From: Candidatus Krumholzibacteriia bacterium
Lineage (GTDB): Bacteria > Krumholzibacteriota > Krumholzibacteriia > Krumholzibacteriales > Krumholzibacteriaceae
NCBI GenBank assembly: GCA_963836185.1
Contig: CAWIIQ010000003.1
Coordinates: forward strand, 192,001 to 256,000
Reading direction: 5' to 3'
DNA: 64,000 nt
In this document: positions 40,606-50,800 of the stretch, piece after piece
How the letters are laid out: each line of letters begins with the position of its first letter
How positions within the stretch are numbered: position 1 is the first letter of the stretch
Made by a program: the position numbers and the translations under genes
Notes under the pieces: model-generated
What the model was told of the DNA's origin: nothing
What the model saw: the letters and a program-made list of their open reading frames with translations, nothing else
Databases searched by the model: none

Positions 40606-42330
40606 ATGAGCACCGAGAGAAAAAGCATTTCCAAGGTCGGGAAGAGCTACGTCTTCGTTGGTTCCGACGAGCCCCTCATCGGGGAGACGATCGGGTTCAT
40701 GCTCGAGCGGATCGTCAGGACATACCCCGAGAACGACGCACTCGTATTCGTTCCCGATGGAAGGCGCTGGACCTACGCGCAGTTCTACAGGGAGTGCCGG
40801 ACGGCGGCGAAATCATTCATGGCTATGGGGGTCCAGCGCGGCGACCGCGTCGCGATATGGGCGACGAACCATCCCGAATGGGTGATCGCGCAGTTCGCTA
40901 CGGCGCTTATCGGCGCGGTGCTCGTTACGGTCAATCCCGCTTACCGTACGCATGAGCTCAGGCACGGCCTCGGCGATTCCGAGGCTCAGACGCTCGTGAT
41001 GATCCCTTCTTTCAAGTCTTCCGATTACGTGAAGATGCTCGGCGAGGTCGTTCCCGAACTTGCCGCGAGCGAGCCGGGAGCCCTCGATTCGAAGACGCTT
41101 CCTCTTCTGAAGAACGTCGTGCTGATCGGGGCGGAATCACCGGGTATGCGATCATGGGAGGAGTTCATGAAACTCGGCGCCGAGGTGAGCGAAGATGATT
41201 ACGAGAAGCGCCGGCGTGAGCTCGACTTCGATGACATCATCAACATACAGTATACATCGGGCACGACGGGGATGCCGAAAGGCGCGAGCCTGACACATTT
41301 CAATATCCTCAACAATGGTTACCATGTCGGCGAGACGATGAAGCTTACCCACCGCGACAGGCTCTGCATACCGGTACCTTTCTACCACTGCTTCGGCATG
41401 GTCCTCTCGAATCTCGCCTGCGTCACCCACGGAGCGACGATGGTCGTCCCCGGCGAGTACTTCGAGCCGAAGACGGTGCTCGAAGCGGTCGAGAAGGAAA
41501 GGTGCACCGCGCTGCACGGCGTCCCGACCATGTTCATCGCCGAACTGGCTATGCCCGAGTTCGGCGACTATGACCTCGGTACGCTGAGGACCGGGATCAT
41601 GGCAGGCGCCCCGTGCCCGGTCGAGATCATGAAGAGGGTCAATGACGAGATGAACATGAAGGAGGTCACGATCGCCTACGGCCAGACCGAGACCTCGCCG
41701 GTGATCACGCAGACGCCTTACAATGGTTCGCTGGAGATGCGTACTACGACGGTCGGCCCTCCGATACCTCACACCGAGGTGAAGATCATATCGCCCGATA
41801 CGGGAAGGACAGTTCCTGTCGGCGTTCAGGGAGAGTTGTGCTGTCGCGGCTATCAGGTAATGCGCGGCTACTACAACAATCCCGAAGCGACCGCCGAGAC
41901 GATAGACGAGGCGGGGTGGATACATTCGGGTGATCTCGCACTGATGAAAGAGGACGGTACCTTCAAGATCACCGGCCGGATCAAGAACATGATCATCCGC
42001 GGCGGGGAGAACATCTACCCGCGTGAGATCGAGGAGTTCCTATATACGAACGAGAAGATCCGCGACGCCCAGGTCTTCGGGGTTCCCGACAGGAAGTACG
42101 GCGAGGAGATCGCAGTCTGGATCCAGCTTCACGAGGGAGCGGAATCGAGCGAGGACGATATAAAGGCCTTCTGCAAGGGAAAGATCGCCCACTACAAGAT
42201 CCCCCGCTACATAAAGTTCGTCGATGAGTACCCGATGACAGTGACGGGCAAGATCCAGAAGTTCAAGATGAGGGATGTCTCGATCGCCGAGCTCGGCCTC
42301 GAGGAGGACGCGGGTATTGAGACGGCGTAG
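40606..42330 (+). CDS. AMP-binding acyl-CoA synthetase
   Basis: QYTSGTTGMPKG, YGQTETSP, HSGDL, IIRGGENIYPREIEE and TGKIQK motifs. Confidence 0.92.
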   Translation: MSTERKSISKVGKSYVFVGSDEPLIGETIGFMLERIVRTYPENDALVFVPDGRRWTYAQFYRECRTAAKSFMAMGVQRGDRVAIWATNHPEWVIAQFATALIGAVLVTVNPAYRTHELRHGLGDSEAQTLVMIPSFKSSDYVKMLGEVVPELAASEPGALDSKTLPLLKNVVLIGAESPGMRSWEEFMKLGAEVSEDDYEKRRRELDFDDIINIQYTSGTTGMPKGASLTHFNILNNGYHVGETMKLTHRDRLCIPVPFYHCFGMVLSNLACVTHGATMVVPGEYFEPKTVLEAVEKERCTALHGVPTMFIAELAMPEFGDYDLGTLRTGIMAGAPCPVEIMKRVNDEMNMKEVTIAYGQTETSPVITQTPYNGSLEMRTTTVGPPIPHTEVKIISPDTGRTVPVGVQGELCCRGYQVMRGYYNNPEATAETIDEAGWIHSGDLALMKEDGTFKITGRIKNMIIRGGENIYPREIEEFLYTNEKIRDAQVFGVPDRKYGEEIAVWIQLHEGAESSEDDIKAFCKGKIAHYKIPRYIKFVDEYPMTVTGKIQKFKMRDVSIAELGLEEDAGIETA

Positions 42331-42372
42331 GGCCGCCCGCGTAGCGATATCCGATCAAACGGGGCGTTCCAG

Positions 42373-43509
42373 TCAGCCGGAGCGCCCCATTGTTATGCCC
42401 AGAGCTTCGGCGGTCTTGACGAGCTGACCTTCGGGATCGACCCAGTTGATCTGCTTAATCGCCTGCTTGATCTCCTTGCTGACTATTTTGGTCCCCTTCA
42501 GGCAGACCATGTGGCCGTAGTATCCGAGGGCAATGTAATTGATCGCCTCGACACCGAATCTCGTCGCGAGGATCCGGTCGTAGGTGGTCGGGGTGCCGCC
42601 TCGCTGCATGTGACCGAGGACCGCGGTTCTGATCTCGGCCTTTGTGACCTCGCCGATCCTGGCGGCGACCCACTCTCCGATGCCACCAAGCCTTCCCGGG
42701 GAGCCCTCGTCCGGTTCCTTTTCGTAGATCTTCCCGCCGCCCTTCGGGAAAGCCCCCTCAGCGACGACCGCTATGCTGAACCTGCTGCCCGTCTTCTTCC
42801 TCTTTTTCAGATGAGCGATCACCGAGCCCATGTCGAACGGGATCTCGGGGATCAGTATGACGTCGGCCCCGCCTGCTACGCCCGCCTCCAGTGCTATCCA
42901 GCCGCTGTCGCGTCCCATCACTTCGAGTATCATGATCCTGTGATGACTCTCCGCGGTAGTGTGCAGCCTGTCGAGGGCCTCGGTGGCGACCGATACTGCG
43001 CTGTTGAAGCCGAAGGTCACCTCGGTCGCTTTCAGGTCGTTGTCGATCGTCTTGGGGACCCCCATCACAGGCACGCCTTTTTCGAAGAGAGCCTGGGTGA
43101 TCTTCATCGTGCCGTCGCCTCCGACCGAGATCAGGACGTCTATCTTGAGCTTCTTTATGTTTTTTACAATAGTGCCGGTGACGTCCTTGTATACGATGCC
43201 GTTCTTTCCCTCTACGGGGTAATGGAGCGGATTGCCCCTGTTTGAGGTTCCCAGTATGGTCCCTCCGCGCGCCTGGAGCCCGCGGACATCCCTCGAGGTG
43301 ATATTGCGGCTCTTTCCTTCGATGAGCCCGTCGAATCCATCGAGGATGCCGGTCACTTCCCAGCCGTGCAGGTTGACGGCGGCCCGGACCACGCCTCTTA
43401 TCACGGCGTTCAGGCCGGGACAGTCGCCGCCGCCGGTCAGAATCCCTATCTTCCTTATATCTTTCAGAGCGGGCATCTTCTGTGAGGATTTCCTTGTTTT
43501 TGGTGACAC
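42373..43509 (-). CDS. pfkA: 6-phosphofructokinase (PPi-type signature)
   Basis: TGGGDCPGLN, GGTILG, GGDGT, PKTIDND, EVMGR and LGHMQRGG motifs. Confidence 0.92.
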   Translation of the reverse strand: MSPKTRKSSQKMPALKDIRKIGILTGGGDCPGLNAVIRGVVRAAVNLHGWEVTGILDGFDGLIEGKSRNITSRDVRGLQARGGTILGTSNRGNPLHYPVEGKNGIVYKDVTGTIVKNIKKLKIDVLISVGGDGTMKITQALFEKGVPVMGVPKTIDNDLKATEVTFGFNSAVSVATEALDRLHTTAESHHRIMILEVMGRDSGWIALEAGVAGGADVILIPEIPFDMGSVIAHLKKRKKTGSRFSIAVVAEGAFPKGGGKIYEKEPDEGSPGRLGGIGEWVAARIGEVTKAEIRTAVLGHMQRGGTPTTYDRILATRFGVEAINYIALGYYGHMVCLKGTKIVSKEIKQAIKQINWVDPEGQLVKTAEALGITMGRSG

Positions 43510-43709
43510 GTCAGGTCCTTTCTGCGTCGGATCGTTTCTGCCAGCATATACGGTAACGGGATTCCCGCAGTGAGGCGATTTTACACCAACGCCTCTTCTC
43601 TCTCAAGGACAAGAAAAAGGTCCCTTCTGCAAGTCCGGTACCCTTGACTGATACAGGCTAATCTGTTATCTTCGCCGTGCCTGAACAATGTGAACTGGAG
43701 GTATGCAAG

Positions 43710-43979
43710 ATGAAAAAACTACTAGTGATCTGTCTTGCGCTTGTCATTTTTGCTTCGGTGGGATGCGGCAACAAGCCTGACAGCGCCAGGGAATCGTCCG
43801 AGACGGATACCGAAACCGCGAGACTGGTCCATATCTGTGACCCGGTAGACGGAAGCGAGCTAAATCCGGGTATCGATTCGAAGTACATGTACGTCTACAA
43901 GGACACCGAGTACCACTTCAACAGCAAGGACAACTACGAAGCCTTCAAGAAGGACCCCGAGAAGTATGTGTCACAGTGA
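43710..43979 (+). CDS. Small YHS-like lipoprotein
   Basis: Lipobox SVGC; DPVDG..YKDTEYHFNS..FKKDPEKY. Confidence 0.75.
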   Translation: MKKLLVICLALVIFASVGCGNKPDSARESSETDTETARLVHICDPVDGSELNPGIDSKYMYVYKDTEYHFNSKDNYEAFKKDPEKYVSQ

Positions 43980-44041
43980 TCGAGGCGGGTGCTTCCATGA
44001 AGTAATTCGTGTTCTGACAAGTCCCTGAATGGAATTCATCC

Positions 44042-44070
44042 ACGGCCCCCTTCGCGGGGGCCGTTTTTTT
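44042..44070 (+). terminator. Intrinsic terminator
   Basis: ACGGCCCCC-TTCGC-GGGGGCCGT followed by a T run. Confidence 0.88.
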
Positions 44071-44087
44071 ATCCCCCCTCTTCCTCG

Positions 44088-44127
44088 TCGTTCTCCATCG
44101 TTCCTTGTCGTTCCCTTACGTTCCTTC
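44088..44127 (+). repeat. Four 10-bp-phased direct repeats (CGTTC core)
   Basis: TCGTTCTCCA TCGTTCCTTG TCGTTCCCTT ACGTTCCTTC. Confidence 0.75.
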
Positions 44128-44234
44128 ATTTCTTAATTGCCGCTGAAATAGTCAGTTAGGTCCATGATGCCCTGGGAATCCTTTTAGGGTGTTACCCCTG
44201 TTTTGCCCTCCAGGCCGCTTGAAACGGCCCGGTT

Positions 44235-44249
44235 CGGCATATCCCTTGC
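44235..44249 (+). promoter_or_regulatory. Putative sigma54 promoter of the DUF11 locus
   Basis: CGGCATA-TCCC-TTGC with exact GG-N10-GC spacing. Confidence 0.55.
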
Positions 44250-44393
44250 GCAATGGCCCGATCGTAGGAGTTTTCCGTGACCGCCGTCCAGGCGGAACAC
44301 GGATCTTGAAATCAGACCTCCATAGACGAGATGTCCGTGCATCACCGCGTGCGAACTCCATTCGGACTGGAGGAAAACAAGGAGGACAGCCAG

Positions 44394-44885
44394 ATGAGAA
44401 GGAGTCTTTCCGTAGCGATCCTTCTTCTCTTCGCAGCCGTCTCCGCAGGCGCCGCCTTTGCCCAGGGCCCCGAGCTCAAGGGTGAGATGGCAGCCGCGAA
44501 GATCGTTGTCGATGAGGAAAAGGGAGAGATCGCTCTGCCCGCCGAGCAGGTCTACCCGAACGATATGGTCGAGTATACGCTGAAGTATACGAACTCCGGC
44601 ACCGCTACGGCGGCCGGTGTCGACCTGATCGGGCCCGTTCCGGTCGGAACGGTCTACATCGAGAAAACAGCAACCGACATCCCCGGACTCAAACCCATGT
44701 ACAGCATCGACCAGGGCAAGACCTGGCATGAAGCGCCGGTAATAGTCGAAGTCGCCCGCAAGGACGGGACGGTCGAGAAGAAGAAGGCCGACCCGGAGTT
44801 GATCACTCATGTCAAGTGGTCGATGGCGGAGAACCTCGATGTCGGGGAAGAGATCATGGTCAGCTACCGCGTCCATGTGAAGTAG
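44394..44885 (+). CDS. Small secreted DUF11-like protein (incomplete fold)
   Basis: Signal peptide (AFA); YPNDMVEYTLKYTNSG, GPVP, YSIDQGKTW and THVKW motifs; ends YRVHVK. ATG after GGAGG. Confidence 0.8.
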   Translation: MRRSLSVAILLLFAAVSAGAAFAQGPELKGEMAAAKIVVDEEKGEIALPAEQVYPNDMVEYTLKYTNSGTATAAGVDLIGPVPVGTVYIEKTATDIPGLKPMYSIDQGKTWHEAPVIVEVARKDGTVEKKKADPELITHVKWSMAENLDVGEEIMVSYRVHVK

Positions 44886-44987
44886 GCCGCAGAGGCTTCA
44901 GAAGTTTCGTTTTTCAAGTTCCCCGCGAGGGGATAGTTCCGTTTGAGGATGCTCTCCGTACGGAGGGCGGAAGGATGGTGATCAGGC

Positions 44988-47676
44988 ATGACTTTCAGAA
45001 AGTCAGCTGGGCTCCTGGTGCTCCTGGCGATAGCGCTTGTCGTATCGTCGGCTGCCAACGCCCAGACGCCTGCCGGAACATTGATTCAGAACCAGGCTTC
45101 GGCCACGTTCCAGGATCTCTCCGGCAACACTTACACGGCGACCTCTAATCAGGTCACCACGATCGTACTCCCGGTATACGGGGTATCAGTCCTTCCGGAT
45201 GGTACCGTGGCTGCCCCGGGTATGGTCGGAACCTCGATACCCGGACAGACGGTATACTACAGCTACAACCTCACCAACACGGGTAATGACCCTGAAGATT
45301 TCACGATCGTACCTATTATCGACGCGGCCACGACGATGACGCTCGGGCTGGGCGATATAGACATCTACCATGATGTCAATGGTAACGGCGTGCTCGATGG
45401 CGGCGAGCCCGTTATCTCGGCTGGCGGCGTGGCGGGCAATACCGGCCTCGTTGCCGCCGGTACGACGATTCAGCTTCTTGTCGAGTATCAGGTCCCCGCG
45501 CTGGCTGCCGCCGGCGAGGTCGCCTATGTCGGCATGACGGCTACATCGGTCACCGACATCACCCAGGTAGATACGGGAAACATCCACCAGACAGACGTAG
45601 TGAGCGATGCTTCGCTGACCGCGACGATGTCCGGCCTTCCGGCCAGCCTCGATCCCGGCGACATCGCGACCTACACGATCACCGGACAGAATGTCGGTAA
45701 CGACATCGCCAACGGCGTCACCGTAGCTTCGGTAGGCCTGACCGGCGTTCTCGTATATGACATCCTCCCGACCGATCCTTCGACCGGTAACCCGCTGGCT
45801 CTCTCCGGCGCTCCTGCCGGCGCTCCCGCGGGCGGCACGGTACTGTACCTGCCTGCCGGAAGCCCGACAGTCGGTAACCCCGAGACGTGGGCATGGTCGA
45901 CCTCCGCCGCTGCCGGCGACATAGCGGTTGCTTATGTCACCAACGGCGGCCTGACGATCGGCATGAACTACAACTTCACCTATGACGTGACCGTTCCTCT
46001 GACGATGCCTGCCGGTATCATCAACAACTTCGGCGATGTCGCCTACGTGGACAACAACGCCGGCACGGCCGATCCGACGATCGTCACGACAAACAACACG
46101 CAGATCGATGTGAACGTCCTTGCCGACGTCCTCGTCGGTCCGAACGGCGTCCCCGATGCTGGAACGCCTCCTGCGTATAACGACGATTCACAGGCTGTCG
46201 CGAACGCCTACGCGAACGAGACGGTCGACTTTATCAATACTGTAAGGAACGACGGCAACGCCGCGGACGTTATCAATATCGTCCTCGATGCCGGCGCTTC
46301 GACATTCCCTCCGGGATACGGCATCCAGTTCTTCCGTATTGACGGTGTCACTCCTCTGAGCAATACCGGCGCGGACGCGATCCCCGATGTCGGCAACATC
46401 AACCCCGGCGCGACGCAGGACTTCATCGTCCGAGTCACCATACCGGGTAACGCCGTTGCTGGCGGCCCCTACCTGGCCGTAATCAACGCCGTTTCAGAGA
46501 ATGTCCCGGCCGAGCTCAACGTCACCACCGACGAGATCACCGCGGTCAACCCCGCGTCGGTCGATATCGGCAACTATGACGGACTGGTCGGAACCGACAA
46601 CAACCCGCTTAACATCGATACCGATCCGGGCCTGTCGGTCGACTTCGCTCTCGACGTGATCAACACAGGTGGCTCGAGCGACAACTTCGATCTGTCCGCG
46701 ACCATCCCGGCCGCCTGGACAGTTACTTTCTATCTCGATGCCAACGGTAACGGCATTCTCGACAACCCCGAGCTCACCCCGATCGCGAATGTCGGGCCGG
46801 TAGCCGCGGGCGGCGAGGTCAATGTTATCGCGCGCGTCGATGTTCCCGCCGGCGAGGTTCCCGGCGTGAACGCTACGACATTCAGAGCCGCTTCGGCTCT
46901 CAACGCAGGCATCTTCGACGAGATCGCCAACACTGTGACCGTGCTCGGCGCGGCCGCCGTGACGATCACGCCCGACAGAAACGGTACCGGTACCGCTAAC
47001 GGAACGATCCGTTACCAGCATACCGTGACCAACACGGGTAACGTCGACGATACCTTCATGCTCAGCGCGCTCAGCTCGAACGCGTGGAGCTACGCCTTCT
47101 TCGATCTGGCCAACAACCCGATCCCTTCGGTCACCCTTGTTGCCGGCGCCACCCAGGACATTATCGTCCAGGTGTCGATCCCCGGAGGCGTGGCTGTTGG
47201 AACGATCGAGACCGGCACGATCACAGTTACCGGTAACGGTACAGGCGCCACCGATTCGGCTGTCGACGTCACGACGATCGTCGCCGGAAACCTCGTACTC
47301 GCGAAGTTCGTCAATCCTGTGGGCAATCAGCTTCCCGGAACGGAACTGACCTACCGCACGGACTACTCGAACGTGGGTGTGGCGGACCTGACAAGCATAG
47401 TCATCTATGACGCGATCCCTGCCTGGACCCAGTTCAGGGTCGGCTCGGAGTCCGACGGCACACTGGCTCCCGGGATCACAGCGATGACGATTGAGTTCTC
47501 CAGATGACGGCGGCGCGACGTGGGTATACGTGCCTGTCGAGCGGCGGCAGGCGGAGCCCCCGCGGGCTTCGACGCCACTCGTGACCAACGTACGGTGGAC
47601 CCTCACCGGTACGCTGGCCGGCGGCGACAGCACTGTCGACGGCGTCTCCCTCATAGTGAGGATCATCGCGGAGTAG
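44988..47676 (+). CDS. Large secreted multi-Ig / DUF11 protein, putative major filament subunit (frameshifts near 47500-47580)
   Basis: Signal peptide; mature N-terminus QTPAGTLIQNQASATF; repeated TNTGNxxD Ig modules; C-terminal LVLAK..IYDAIP..FS.DDGGATW..GAPAGFD..VTNVRW..VRIIAE*. Confidence 0.85.
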
Positions 47677-47689
47677 CAGTACGCAAAAA

Positions 47690-47778
47690 TAAGGCGGGAG
47701 GGGCCGCAAGGCCCCTTACGCCTTACAGTTAAATGACGTATTCAGAGGCAGGTCCCCATGGCGGGGCCGCCTCTGAAT
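47690..47778 (+). terminator. Tandem hairpins (partial terminator or mRNA stabiliser)
   Basis: TAAGGCG..GGGGCC-GCAA-GGCCCC..CGCCTTA and ATTCAGAGGC..GCCTCTGAAT. Confidence 0.65.
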
Positions 47779-47891
47779 CAGTAAAAGGGGAAAAGGCGGA
47801 AAGACGGAAGGCACAAACGCAGCAACTGCAATAAACAGAGAGAGTTATGAAGTAAGGCACATACAGGAAAGTTAACCGGCGAGGCGGCGCC

Positions 47892-50800
47892 GTGAAGAGA
47901 AGGAATTACATCACTGATTTTTCCACCGGGTCCACCGGCAGGGGGATACTCCTGTGCGCGCTGGTCCTGGCCGCCATTTTTGCGCTTTCCTCGCCCGCAT
48001 TCTCCCAGATCCCCCCGGCCGGCACGGTAATATCGAGCCGGTCGTCCGCATCGTACGTCGACAACGGCAATCAGCTCACGATCCTCTCCAACGAAACAGC
48101 GTTCAGCGTTCTGCCGATGTTCGGGCCCCTTCTGACGCCTGACGGCACTTCCGCCGCGCCTGCCGCCACACGGACGGCGTTCAGCGGGGAGACGGTCTAC
48201 TACCCGTTCACACTGACCAACACGGGAAACGCCGACGATACGTTCGGATTGGCAACGGTCCTGGCGGCGCCATCCGATTTCGTTCCCTCGGCCACGGCGG
48301 TCTATCTCGATGGAAACGGTGACGGAGACGTCGACCCCGGCGAACAGGAGATCACAGAGGCCGGACCGCTCGCTTTCGGGGAGACGGTGCAGCTCGTCAT
48401 GTCCGCCACCCTTCCTTCCGGCCTGACCGGGGGAGAGATCGCGCACATGGATCTCGAGGCGAGATCGCTCGGCGACACATCGCAGGTCGATCGCGGGAAT
48501 GTCGTACGCGTCACGGCACGCGACGAGGCGAGAGTGGAACTTGCGCTCGAATCGGATGTCTCATCCGTCATGCCCGGCGGATTTGTGACATACACGATGC
48601 GGTACGTAAACACCGGTGAACGGACCGCGACCGGTGTCTCGATCACCAGCATGATCGACACCCTTGGATTTATCGATGGAACAGAATACCTGGCAGGAAG
48701 CGCGTCCGCCGTGCCCGCCGGACTGATCGAATATTTTGACGGCGAGACGTCGGCCTGGATCGATGTCGCCCCGCCGGAGAACAGGGTAAAGGGCGCCCGC
48801 CTGCGCCTCGATACCCTCGCCCCCGGAGAGGCGGGATCCTTCTCACTGACCGTCCGCGTCGACGACGATCATGCCCGCGGCAATATCGTGAACACGGCCA
48901 CGGCCGGATTCACGGGAGGCGACGGGTTGCCCTACCAGCTTCTTTCCAACGAAGTGACGGTCCTCGTCGGCATGATAAGCGAGGTCTGGCTTGGACCGCT
49001 CGGGGATCCGCTCGCGACGCCCGGGTCGGATGACGACAGGGTCGTGATCTCACTCGGCGCCGCGGATTCGGTCTGCGTCTTCAGGCATGAGATCCTCAAC
49101 GCCGGTAATTTCGCCGACACCTTCAGCCTCGTGCTTTCCGACTCGGTGATGATCCCGTCCGGCTGGCAGGTCGAGTTCCTCGGTCCCGGCGACGTGGTCC
49201 TTCCATCCCTTTCGGCGTGGTCCGCGAGGCTCGGTCCGATCGAGATCGGAGGAACCAGGGAAGTCGCGGTAAGGATATCGGCCAGCGCCGAGATACTCCG
49301 CAGCTTCACGGGCCGGGAATTCGCTTTCGATGTCGATGCGAGATCGCTTGTCGACGATGCGGCGCGTGACGAGGTGCGGAACGTGCTCGTCAAGGGGGAC
49401 ATGCCTCTGCTGTCGGTCAAGCAGTCGATCCGCGAGCCGAACGCGATGATCGGCGACGTCGTCAGTTTCATCATCACTGTCGAGAATATGACCGAAGAGA
49501 CGGTCATCGACAGTGTCAAGCTCGTCGAGAACTTCCCCTCAGGGCTGAAATTCTCCAAGGGGTACGAGCAGCCCGTCATCGAGAACAACAAGCTGATATT
49601 CGATCTCGGGCAGCTTCTGCCTGGAGCGAAGAGAGACATCGTCATCAGGGCGACAGTCGCGGCGGGGCAGGAGAAAGACGAGCTCGTAACGACCGCCTAC
49701 GTCTACGGCTCGACGCAGTACGGCGAGGCCGCTGAAGACGGTCCTGCCTACGCGTCCGTCAGGCTCTACGAGGGAGAGTTCACCAGGCGCGGGATCGTGA
49801 TGGGAAGCGTCTTCATCGACCGTGACGGAGACGGGATTCGCGGTCGGGAAGAAGAGGGTGTCCGCGGGGCGGCCGTCTTCTACGAGAAGGGCACATACGC
49901 AGTAACTGACTCGAGCGGGCTCTGGTCGATACCGGGCGTCGAGGAGGGAAGGCACGTCTTCCGTGTCGATCCCAAGTCGCTGCCCGATTCGCTTGTGCCC
50001 GGTCCGGCTGGACATTTCGGAATGGGTATCGCGGGGCAGTATCTGATCGATCTCGCCCCGTCGGGCAACCGCCGTGTTGATTTCCCTCTGCAGGTGACCG
50101 AGGTCGCTTCGGACGGGGACGCTTTCGCCGCCATTGAAAGCGACAGCGCGGCGGTTACCCGACAGGGCTCCGTCGGTACCGAGACCGCTGCGGCATCAAC
50201 ATCACCGGAGAGCAACGGCGCGAGCGATGACGCGGTGTCCGGGCCGGCGGGGCCGGAGAGTTCAGCCGATACGTCAGGTACGTATGATGCCCTTAACCTT
50301 CCGGGAACACTCTTCGCCGCGGGAAGCTCCGTGATGGAGGAGATCCCGCTGCGCGAGGTGGCGGCCCTGAGTCTCTGGGTGCGCGAGCATCCCGGCTGGA
50401 AGATTGAGATCGCGGGACACTCGGACAGCACGCCGATCAGGACGGCGGATTATCCGTCCAACTTCGAGCTTTCACTCGCCAGGGCGCGGAGCGTATACCA
50501 GCTCCTGCGGATGAACGGGATCCCTGAGGGCGTGATGGACTACACCGGATACGGCGCGAGGTTCCCCATCGCGAGCAACGACACGGCCGATGGAAGGGCG
50601 AAGAACAGGCGAGTCGAGATACGCGCCCTGCCGCCTGAGGGTTACGCGGGAGTCGATCCCGACATTCCTGCCGCGCTCGCGATGCCCGACACGACGGCGC
50701 CGAAGGAGTTCCAGCTCGCAGACGACGCAGGCCTCTGCGCCGAGATCGTCAAGCCGGCCGAGGGAACGATCTTCACTGAGAGGGACGGGATCGACATCGA

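Noticed and set aside
47780-47890. c-di-GMP riboswitch upstream of the anchor gene
   Set aside because: A-rich with a GGAAA-like word, but the GEMM P1/P2 architecture could not be built.
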